A DNA stretch of 64,000 nt, from positions 73,346,001-73,410,000 of the forward strand of contig NC_088853.1 of the NCBI RefSeq assembly GCF_963853765.1, read 5' to 3'. Below the pieces are notes generated by a model. It worked only from the letters and a program-made list of their open reading frames with translations, ran no database searches and was not told the origin of the DNA. The stretch's first letter is position 1, and every line of letters begins with the position of its first letter. The DNA is from Magallana gigas. Its lineage: Eukaryota. Position numbers and translations under genes: made by a program. This document shows positions 23,527 to 34,998 of this stretch, one piece after another.

Positions 23527-26453
23527 CTAGCAGACGTCCGACCTGCAGACACAGTACGTGCAGTCTTTGTGGTCCACCAGGTACTCTCCCTTACAGCGTA
23601 AATCACAAACTTGTTTTGAAAGCTCGCAGTCGATTGGGTCGTGTGTTGTGACGTTAAACTTGCCGGAAGTAGCTGTGACTGGCGCAGCAGTAGAGGAAGT
23701 GGCCTGTTTCTGGACCGTGGTCGCTTTTTGGGTCACTGTAGTAGATGGAACTGTTGTCGCTAAAACAACATAAAGAAAAGTGTAAAAACATGATGATATG
23801 AAACAGTTTATGGATTGTTTTGCATTAGTACTTGTAGAAAGACATTAATGAAAACACGAAATCAAAGTTAAAGCCATTGTTTCTATTAACTAAATGTACA
23901 CGTGTGGTAATAGCCAATTCTATATACAAAAACGTTTCATGTTAAGTATTATCTCAAAATGTAATTTTCAAGCAATGCTCTTTATTTATTGTAACTGGAT
24001 GTATACAGTAAAGAAAAACAAGTCGAAACTACAGAAAGTGGGGTTCCTTCATTGTTATATTTGTAGGGTAATCCCCAACCCAAGTTTATTTAAGGCGTAA
24101 CGATCATTGATTCATATATTTAATCAAACCTTAGAATTAAGCTTTGAACAAAGTAGACTGGAGTGTTTTTAAAAAGGTCTTCTAATCAACGAAGTATACT
24201 TTTTTGGAAAAAGATCACTATTTTCAAATATAAGAAAGGTTGATTTAAGTTGTTCTTATTTGGTCAGTTGATTGCTAAAGTAAAGAATAGTAATGGCGAC
24301 GTACTTTGGTGAGAGTTGTCACACATGCAGAATTCACATCCGGTTCCGCCCTTGACGTAGTATTCACAGTTGAGGGGACAGCTCTGCTGGGAGGGGATGC
24401 ACGGATTCTGAATGTGATGGTGAGTCCCGTCAACCGATAGCAGGTGCGTGTCTACAAAGTGAAGCAATAGACGGTCCTAAGAGAAAAATGCAAGTGCCCG
24501 TTCAAATGGGCCATGACACGTATAATAATCCATCATAAAATACAACATACAATTATGTTACCGGCTTAATAGGTCTATTTTGATACAATGAAAAATGATA
24601 TTAAAAAAAAACCGTTTATATTCAATACTAAAAATGTTTGACGATGATTGGAAAACCAAACTTTGTAAACAAATAAAGAAAATGTAGGAAATCCTTAAAA
24701 TAGTTGATGGTATTTGGTGATATCTCTTGGTATCTACAGTTTTGGATTATCGCCTCTTCCTTTAAAGTAGCAGATATCATAGCCTGACCCATCCTTTATA
24801 TAACACTTTAATTATATCTGCTGATATCGGTTGATATTTGTTTCTGATACTAAACAGTGCCATTGCAGTGGCAGAAATCGCAGCCTTGTCCAATCTTTAT
24901 TTAACACCTTATTTATTTCTGCTGATATCTGTTCAGTTTCTGATTTTCACCTGTGCCTTTGAAGTGGCAAATATTGCAGCCTGGTCCAATCTATATATAA
25001 CACTTTCATTATATCTGCTGATATATGTTGATATCTACAGGATCTGATTCTCATCGGTTCCGTTACAGTGACAGATATCGCAGCCTGATCCGTTATTTAC
25101 GTCAAATTTTCTCATATACATGTATGATAATATCAGCAGTCACTGATTCTCCCCGGTGCCTTAACAGTGGCAGATATCTCAGCCTGATCCGTTATTTACT
25201 TCAAATTTTACTGATATACATGTATGATGATATCAACAGTTTCTGATTCTCACCAGTGCCTTAACATGGCAGATATCACAGCCTCGCCCGTTATTTACAT
25301 AAAGTTTTACTGATATCTGTTGATATCTACAGGATCTGATTCTCACCTGAACCTTTACAGTGACAGATATCACAGTCTGATCCAATCTATAATATAACAC
25401 TTTCATTATATCTGCTGATATATGATGATATCTACAGGATCTGATTCTCACCTGAGCCTTTACAGTGACAGATATCACAGCCTGAACCGTCCTTCTCGTA
25501 CCCGTTGGCACAGTTCAGTCGACAGAACATCAGGATGGGCTGACAGTGGGAGCTAAACGAGTCCAAGAAAAACCCCTCCGTCATCGCTAAAAATAGAATA
25601 CAGAAAACACTCCGTTACTGCTCAAAAATACAAAAAAACCTCCGTTACCGGTATAAATAAAATACACAAAATCCCCTCCGTAACTGCTGAAATATATAAA
25701 ATGATTTTTGTGTTGACCGGTTTACTGGTCTAAAAGCAAAATAGTCAGACAACTACCTTACAGTTAATAGAGATCCGTCTGACCTCGGTGGAACGGAAAT
25801 AGCCGAACATTTTCAGATAATGTAGATTCCTATTTAACCTAGTGAAATTAATATCAGCATAAAATCGCAAGAAACACCCTTTGCGGATTTTAAAACCTCT
25901 CCATTATTTTTTAGGAACTAATACCTATACGAAAAAAAGGGGAAAAGTTCCTCTTTCGTGATTTTATATTCTCGCAATTGGATGCAAAATAGCAGGATCG
26001 CGGAAGGATGGATGCTACGTATATTACAATGCTTGCAGTGAATGGTATAAGAAAGCAGTTATTGATTGGGATTTGGGTAAACTATGATTTGGTAGACTTT
26101 CAGGCTGTGATTCTCAAGGCTAAACGAATTCTAAGTTGTCCTTCAACTTATTCTATACAATAAAACAACATAAATTGCTCTAAAGTCATTGAATAATTGG
26201 ACAAAAATATCCTAAAAACGCCCTGGCTCCCACAAAAATCATACAATCATTAAAAAAGATTCCTACAAAGTGACTGTCATTTAGAATACCACATTTTAGT
26301 ATCTTGGAAATTTACAAACAATGAAATATTGACTTAATTAGTAATAACTCTATCATCATATCAAATACATTAAAATTAGGTTAAAACAAAAAAAAAAGAC
26401 ACTTTAGTATACCGACCAATCATTAAGCAGATTATCGCCCCGACACTCCTCAT
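23527..26453 (-). CDS. secreted antistasin-like protein B (3 modules, about 183 aa)
   Basis: Exons 26453-26417 (MRSVGAIICLMI), 25586-25452, 24451-24305, 23759-23527 in frame, all phase-1 introns; signal ...AMTEG|FFLD; modules C-x6-C-x3-C-x9/10-C-x2-C-x-C; Thr-rich linker. The 3' end is ambiguous. Confidence 0.85.
24755..25450 (-). repeat. about 100-bp intronic tandem array, about 7 copies of the 3' end and donor of gene B exon 2
   Basis: Repeated (minus) GGCTGTGATATCTGTCACTGTAAAGGxTCAG|GTGAGAATCAGATCCTGTAGATATC at about 25340, 25247, 25148, 25048, 24945, 24850, 24755. Confidence 0.88.
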
Positions 26454-27309
26454 GTTCCCTGGTTTTTCTTTATTGCCTGACTGTGGAGTACGACAAGGAA
26501 TCTTACTCTGTCCCGAGCTATTGTCTGTGTCCACGTATATATATGTATATATGTAGAGGTCTGCATCATGATCGCCAGATATTATAAAGATGATAATTCG
26601 ATAAGATGCAGGTGTATTCATCTAAACGGAAATAACAGTTTGATAGCTGGACACTGGTCAGTCATAACAGGTCGTGTAACAGACTGATATGGGTTCGAAG
26701 GTCAAGGTCGCATGCTTCACTCAAAATGCCGGAAGTAATATTTTGTTCAAAACCATCATATGAATTCTTAACACGCAGAAGTCTACTTAAGCTAATGACT
26801 TACCCGATTATTTACCCATTATATAGCATATTTTTCTTCTTTGCTTACTCTTTGTATATATTTCTCATTTGGCAAGAAATTCAAAAGAATTGTCATTTTA
26901 CAAAACATTGACATTATACGACATTTAAAGAGTGCTTTTCCGCAGATGTTCAATTCTCTATAGATACCACTGAACAAGATATTGTAAGCGTCATGTACCA
27001 TAAGTCACCATTGTTATGTTTATTAACAATCTACATGTTATGGCGTAAGTTGTTTTTGTAATTTGTCGAGGGTATAAATATCTTCGCCTATGATTTTATT
27101 CACCTGTATAAATGGTGAAAACATTTTATACTTGCGAACGCATACTAGTATCTGAAAAAGAGAGTTTACGTAAACATGAATAGTTCCTTTTTTTATAGAA
27201 CAAACGCTTATAAGAAACAACGATGAAACTATTTGTGAAAAAACTTTATTTGATTCATTTTAACACTTGACACCTAGTTTAAATACATAATAACATCCGA
27301 AAAACGCCG

Positions 27310-28416
27310 TCACGGTGTCGCGGGGAGCGTGAATTGACATGCGCAGTATTGACAGCCACGTGGTCCGCGCAGGTATCCATGGTAACAGAACACGTTACAG
27401 ACGTCCAGTCCTAGCACGCAGGGGTTCATCAGTTTAATGTCGGGCTCGTCCGCCTTCTCGATACCAGCTGTAATGTATGAAGTTTACGCATAAATAAATC
27501 ATTTTCTAACATCGGATGTAAACTACTCTTGGAAAGGGAAGGGGGGGGGGGGGTAAGTACAATTTACAAAAAATATATATTAATACGTAAAGGAAGAGCA
27601 TGCATTTCATAAACAGTATAGAATTATTGAGTATGCATAAACAAAGTGGTGTGAGCCTAAATCATAAATATATATACATATCACATGTCTATATCACCTA
27701 GCCTTAAACGTTAGATTTAATCATTTCCCATTATAAATCTCCGTAAGACATTTGTTTTGTTCCTGTGAACTTTAATGAGTGAAAAATGATAATTGTTCAA
27801 TGAAGATATCTTGGACAAATTCCCTTTTATCGATTCCAATTGATTTCTTTCACAGGTATGTGTATTTTTATTAAAAATCTTCAAAAAGTAATGGAAGCAA
27901 TAACTTGGGACAGACTATAGCTGGATGTTAAAAAAAAGGTTGTCGTTCTTGTCAAAATCAAAGTACTGAGAAGACTGAATACGTACACTAACCGGACTTG
28001 TAGACCTCGTCTTTGCACACACAGCGGCGGCAGTCGACCGTGTCCGCCAGGAAGCCGTGCTTACACTTGATCTGGCAGATCGTGAACGCAATGGCACACT
28101 CGTTGGCCATGTGACCGGAAGGAAACGAGGTGGTAGGTGGCGCTACATCACTTCCGGAAGGCTTTACTGTGTGAGAAGGAAAAAAAGAATTAAATTATTT
28201 CATACATATAAATAAATACTTATTATACACAACTTATAGTATGATGCAAACGGGTTGGAAATCAAAATATCAGAGTAATTTGTAGAGCAAATGAAAAAGG
28301 GTTAGATTATGAAACAAAGTCTATTTAAATATACATGCATGATGAGATTAGTTGATTAAATTGTGTGCAGAAATGCATTAATGTGTTTTAGTGTGGAGTA
28401 AAGGCCAAACACTAGT

Positions 28417-28507
<91 letters not shown>

Positions 28508-29172
28508 CTTTAATCGATATATGTAAAAAGCTTAGTAAAGCAATTAAAACTTTTATTTTGGCTTAAATTTCTGTATTCTCTGCATTTTTAATTGCTGGGG
28601 GCGGTTGCCGAATCAAAAAAAAATACCAGACAAGTATGTCATTAGATTTAAGAAAAAAATGTTCCATGCAAGTAAAACTGTGGAGATGCTACGTAATGAC
28701 CCTCTACAACAGCAAGAAGACATCGACAACAAGAACGTCAATAAGAACAACATCAACAAAAGCAAAAATGATATCAATCACAACAAAAACAACCACAACA
28801 ACAAAAACAGCATCAGCATCAACCAAAACGACAACAACATTAACAACAACAACATTAACAACACCATGCAGCAACAATCAGTGAAAACAACAACAATAAC
28901 AGAAGCATCAAGAATAACATCATGAACATCAACAACACCGACCTGTGGTGGTCTGTAATGGCGCGGTGGTTTTGGCGGCACACATGCAATACTGACATCC
29001 CCCGGGGCCCAGGATGAAACCGTTCTGACAGTTAGCGGTACACACGTGTTGTCCGTCCTGGCAGGGGTTCGGGAGATAGTAGGCTAGAGTTGTCGTTCCT
29101 GTTAACGGCGCCGTTGAGGGCGCTGTTCGAATCAAAGTTCCCTTTACAATAACTGATTGTCAAACTTAATAC

Positions 29173-29208
<36 letters not shown>

Positions 29209-29312
29209 CGACCCCCCCCCCCCCCTGGAAAATGAAAATTTATTAAATTTACATAGTAAAATTATCGCGAAAATATGCCTCGGAACCCCCCGGGCAAACA
29301 CAATTATCCTTC

Positions 29313-29346
<34 letters not shown>

Positions 29347-32086
29347 ATGATACATACAACTTTTGGTAAAATTCTTAATATAGTACTTTACAATATATGA
29401 TGTTGGAATTCGCGCTAGTCAATAATGACATTGGATCTTCTAAACTCGTCGAGATAATTTATGTCAATGGGTCAAGCAGATTATCTATAATTGTTCGTCC
29501 GTTGTCGTTTTCCGCTGCTGTTTCTTTTAAATCAATCGTTTTTGTGGAAGTTATTTATAATAAAAACTATATAAACAAGTCATTGGACTTTCGGCAAGAT
29601 GTAATGATCTATTTCTTGAATAAAAGAAAGTTAAATATGACGCTAGTAAAGTAAAATATGCACAGATTGCCGTAGTCTAAGCTCAAAGCCAGAAAATTGT
29701 ATTCCTTTCAAATGACCAGCAATGAAATAGACAGGCCAACGTCACATTGCTGTTTGTTACAACTGTCCAAAGTCTTGTTAAAATNNNNNNNNNNNNNNNN
29801 NNNNNNNNNNNNNNNNNNNNNNNNNNNNNNNNNNNNNNNNNNNNNNNNNNNNNNNNNNNNNNNNNNNNNNNNNNNNNNNNNNNNNNNNNNNNNNNNNNNN
29901 NNNNNNNNNNNNNNNNNNNNNNNNNNNNNNNNNNNNNNNNNNNNNNNNNNNNNNNNNNGGACAAGAGATTTAGTTAGACAGAAACATTGATGTTTGTTAC
30001 AACTGCCCAAAGTTTAATCTCCTGTTTAATCTCCTGTTTAATCTCCTGTTAAGCTGGTTCTAAGTAAGCCCTCACCTTTAGTGTAGACGAGCCCCGGGAT
30101 GAGGTTCCTACACAGACAGTACTGACACCCGTCCGGCCCCAGCAGGTAGCCCTCCCCACAAAACTTGTCACACACGGTCTGGTTCTGAATGCACGGGTTG
30201 GTCATGTGAACCTGGACCCCGTGGGTGGTAGGCGGAGGGGTTGTCGTTATGGGATCTAAAAGGCAACACGTCATTGTCTACAGACTATAACACAAAGTTG
30301 TGTAATCAAATTGATGCATTTTATTAATCCTTATACTTAAACTTTTTTTTGCCATCATATTTATAGAATTGCGTAATTTTTTGTGACTTTTTTTATTATT
30401 AATTCAATCAAAGTATAAATAACGTAAATAAACAATTCAGGTTATAATATTTATCATACATTTTTGTCAGTTAACCCTGCACAAATGGTGACTGCAGTTA
30501 TACTGTTAACAGTTTGTTTTATGGCGTATGTTTGCATTATCACAAACTGACCCGTAACGTTGCCTTGGTAACAAATACAGAATTGACATCCGCCACTCCC
30601 TGTGAGGTAACCTTCGGGGCAGTTCCTGGGACAGAACTGTTGTTGCGGTAAACACGGATGATGGTAACCGGAAGTAGATGCTGGGTAACCATGCGCACTT
30701 GCCTCAGATACAGCAGCGGAATCTTGTATAATATAAACATTTGATTTATTAATTGTATGTTTGAGGTAAATGGTTGCTTTCTTAACGAGATGTGATTACA
30801 ACATACGATTAAGAAATATATTCAGCAAAAGACAATTCCGCTATGGTTTCCACGTGTTAGAACCATTTAACAAGATCTTGGACTTTCAGTAGAGCGTAGC
30901 TATCTATTCCGTACGTCAAAAAATTAAAAATGTCGTGGTTCCGAGCGAAGTCTTAGTTCAAAAGCTAGACACATATCTTGTTGATTTCAAACAGCCGTGG
31001 TTGAATGGCCAGCAATGAAATATACAGACATACGTCACATTGCTGTTTGACACAAAGTCCAAACTTTTGTTAAAAATGGTTCTAATCGCTATCAACCTGT
31101 GGTTTGGACATACACATGTAGATGAATACAATCAGGCTAAATTGTATTCAAATTAAGACAAATCGTCTCAGGACTTTTTGTCCAATTTTTAAAATCAGGA
31201 ATAGAACTTAATGAGTGCGTTTTATTTTTATACGTTTTTTCACACTGATAACTTTTTAATGCCTCAGCAAAATCCTTTTACAATTAATTGGTAAATGTTA
31301 ACAGGAGGACGAACATGTACTATTATCTAACCAATGCTGTTTATGAATGAACTGTCATATATAGTATTACACAGGGACCACCTTACGGTGTATCCACAAT
31401 GCACTAAGACTTAACGTATAATCAGGCATCAAAATGAGGTCAGGGGTCACTGAGTAACAGTGTAAACCTATATCACGTGACTAGTCAAAAAGTGCCGTCT
31501 CAATAATAGATCAAAATATGAAAATTAAGATGATTGTCTTATAGTTTGTAGTTTTCATTCAAGATTTTATGGAATAAAAAGAATAAACGGATGTAATTTG
31601 GGTGACCTACAAAAGTTATTAGGCTGAATTGCACTTTAAACGTTAATAAAGACACAATTATTAAATAGTGTTTACTTTTTTTTATTTTATTCATTTAATT
31701 TTTTTACTTTAATTCTATTGTTTTTTGAATTTTTAAATGGTGCTTAATTGGAGTTGAAATAATTAACACCTATTAGAAGGGATCGCAATTTCTCAGATTA
31801 TTGCTAAAACTTCAAGTATAGCAATGAATATGAGAAGGCTTTTTAAATCAACCTTATTAATTAAAATCGTTGAGTTGTGATGTAAGAGTTACGGTTGATG
31901 ATGCCAACATTACTCACCAGACGACGCTGTGGCGCACTTGCAGATTGTACATCCGCTGCTGTCTTTGGCGTATCCGTTATGGCAATTCAACGAACAGAAC
32001 ATAGGATACAGGGAACACAACAGGAATCCCTCACAGACGGCTGGAATCAACAATAACAACGACACCAAACTAGCACTTCCCGCCAT
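27310..32086 (-). CDS. secreted antistasin-like protein A (6 modules, 353 aa)
   Basis: Exons 32086-31918 (MAGSASLVSLLLLIPAVCEG|FLLC...), 30722-30552, 30255-30076, 29152-28943, 28166-27993, 27467-27310 (TGA); 1062 nt in frame, all introns phase 1, one C-x6-C-x3-C-x10-C-x2-C-x-C module per exon; AATAAA at 27249-27244. The N-gap at 29785-29958 could hide sequence. Confidence 0.9.
28419..28500. repeat. (TA)n microsatellite
   Basis: Pure TA run in a gene A intron. Confidence 0.95.
28720..28940. repeat. imperfect (AAC)n trinucleotide repeat
   Basis: AAC/AAT/AGC-rich tract inside a gene A intron, right after the 28943 donor. Confidence 0.85.
29174..29349. mobile_element. MITE (176 bp), TIR CATGCGCGGATC, 5-bp TSD ATACA
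   Basis: Near-identical to 8274-8448; ATACA on both flanks; inserted about 22 nt upstream of a gene A acceptor (29152). A degenerate third copy is at about 23290-23492. Confidence 0.88.
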
Positions 32087-33028
32087 GGCGATATATATAG
32101 AAAGAAAGAGGCGGTGATTGTCTCACGGCCGTTTCTGCAAGTGGTTGACAGAGTGCAATGTTACAGAAACACTCTAACTTTTTCAAATGCTTAATCCAAA
32201 TTCTTGTTCCAATTGCAAAACTTTAATTGAATTCGAGGTTCGTCCAATATACATCAATTTCGGTTTCTCAGTAGTCGTTGTCCTATTGGCGATGTAGGTT
32301 TCATTGTGACGTCATTTTGGTAGTATTTTGGTTTATTTCCTACACTTTCTTTTGTATAAACCCCAACTCTATAGAAACTAATAGCTTGTTTTACTAATTG
32401 TAATACACACACACAGGAATCATTTTGAGTCACGGGGTTATTTTGCTGAATTACACAATGTATTTAGTAGAGTTTGTACTTGGGAGATACTAAGATAAGA
32501 AACCATTTAGTGCAAAGTCCCTTATCCCGGATCACCGCACTAAATGACTGTATCCAGTTCATTCATATATCCAGGACTTCTTAATTTGAGTGTGCATGTA
32601 CGAATAACAACTTAGTTACAAACTCTTTGTCAACTGAAAACACCAACTTAGCCGTATTCATGAGAATTTTTTAATTAAAAAAATTGGGTTTATTAGCTTT
32701 TTTCAAACGTTGTTTTATATTGTGGTTTATATCAAATTGATCGATTTTATAAAAAAAAAAAAAAAAAGTTCTTAAATAAATATATTGGAGTTGAAATTTT
32801 GATGATTTGTTTAGAACCTAAAAGTCGGTATTTGTAACCAAACATAGGTATAGTAAGTCTTAAAAAATCATATACACTATACCAAAACGTTTCTTTAATC
32901 ATAATCATACCTATCATTTGTCTGTTTTATCGAAAGAAATATCATTTACCCGGGGAGGTGGGAGTAGTATCGTTTCAAATTTTGTGTGTATTGTGTTGTA
33001 CAATACAGTGATATTGAAATTGTATTTG

Positions 33029-33420
33029 CAGTGGCGTCGGAAGCAAATTGAAAGGGGGGCTAGACTAATCTTCAGAAATCTTGACAAGCGAAAAAAAATC
33101 CCAAAATCATGAAAATCCTGATCCATGAAAGGGGTGGGGTGGGTGGGAGGGTAGTATACTTGTTACGAAAAAAAAAATCTTTCCTACCAAATCATGAAAT
33201 TTGTAATGCGTGGCGAGGGGGGGGGGGGGCTACTCTATAACTTTGACGCCAATTTTCAATACTACATTTAATATTTCAATCTTTTTTAGGGTAGATTAAG
33301 GAAGAATTATGTTTTCTGCGAAAACAAAATATGGGGGAGGGTGCTATGTGGCTAACTTTGCAAAAAAAAAAAAAGGCGGGGACTTAGCTCCTTCCTAGAC
33401 CCTGGGTTCCGACGCCTATG
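33029..33420. mobile_element. MITE with imperfect TIR CAGTGGCGTCGGAA / TTCCGACGCCTATG
   Basis: 12/14 TIR match; a right-end fragment of the same family is at about 53550-53665. No clear TSD. Confidence 0.65.
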
Positions 33421-34998
33421 ACCGAAACTTAGTGCATTCCTTTAACATATTAGGCATAATGAAATTGTGTGTAATATTCTTAAATGCGTGTTTTTTTCCT
33501 GTAAAACTAAAAATCAATATCTGCAATATAAGATTAAAATCTAGGTACTATTATAGCAATAAAAGAATAGTTTAATTTGCGCATAATTAAATCTGCCCTT
33601 TGACTTTCTTGGCTGCACATTATCTAATCTCTGTGCATATGCTCATGCATGCTGTGGTCTGAATAGCCAGCTCATAAATAAAAAATGGTGCCTCAACTCA
33701 TTGAACTATCGTTGGAATTGAACTTAAGCTTACCATTTTGGGAAATGAAATGCAGCAACGCCAATCCGACGAAAAACACGGAGGCTTTCCGCATGATTCA
33801 TGTGAGAAAGATCTAGTTCATTCATAAAATTATACGTCACTCTGACGCTGGCAGGTGTCCTTTTTTTTACTATCACGGGTCTTGTCTGATATCTCAAGTC
33901 TATGAATATAATCAACATGCATATATGAAGTCGTTGATGTAACCTTGTTATACCTCTCATGTTCACCTATACAGTGTTTGGTTTCAGTTTGATTTAGTTT
34001 TCACCTGGGGAAGGGTGCAATTTATTTTTTTCGTATTTGTTACTCGTTTGAACTACCATTTAATTATTTTTACAATGCCAAAAAGATGTGATACAACGAT
34101 TATTCTATAAATTAAAACCATTTTGTTAAAGTTTCATTGTACTAATCAGGTTATTTCATAAAACATGCATGTTATATGGAATCATTCAAATTAAGAGTCA
34201 TTTTTTATGGACCCCCCCCCCCCCCTCTCTTCTTTTTAAATATACAACGACTTCGCTCCTTGTTAAAAAATGGGATTAATTCAATACAGTTGAGTTATTT
34301 CCCTTTTAAAAACAATTGTCAACGGGCGAAAGAAAATAGGGACATAATCATTTACAAAAAAATAAAGAAGTAAAATAACAGACCGATTTCTGTTTCATTG
34401 ACTACAAATAGTCAAAAGGAAAGGTCATCCCAAAATAACTCACTGTTACAGAAATACTTCAGATAAAATTGTCCAAGATCGCTCTAGTTTATCGCCCACG
34501 GTGTTGTAACATCTGTTAAATATGAATACGTAATGGTTCAAGTATATTGCTGGCTTTGTCAACTTATAATTCGTGTGAATACTTTCGGTTAAAATATATT
34601 AAAATTTTTGAATTACTTCAAATGTATTTTGTACGTAAATCCGGTAGGCGATCAAATGTAATCGTTGCTTAATTAGTTTAATTACCGACATAGCTTACTT
34701 TAATATAGAATTGTCTGATTGCAAGTAGATACGTCTTGACACACAAACTTTGTTTTTCCTTTCTCCCAGAACACTGTTTTTGCAATCTTTGGACATACAA
34801 TATTTCCAAAGGCTAAAAATTGCCATGGGATAAAGAAACAAAGGATCTAACATTTGACATAGAATGCTGCACATTCATTACTTGTACCTTACTTTATTTC
34901 TTCACATTTGTAATGGATGACAGAAACAACCATCTCAAATATGTGAACATATACATCATGTCTAACTCATAGAACACAATGGCAGGGTTGGTATTTAT

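Noticed and set aside
28605-28981. Thr-rich/Asn-rich ORFs (28605-28925, 28636-28884, 28778-28981) as mucin exons
   Set aside because: Translations of an imperfect (AAC)n tract inside a gene A intron; no supporting splice structure in frame.
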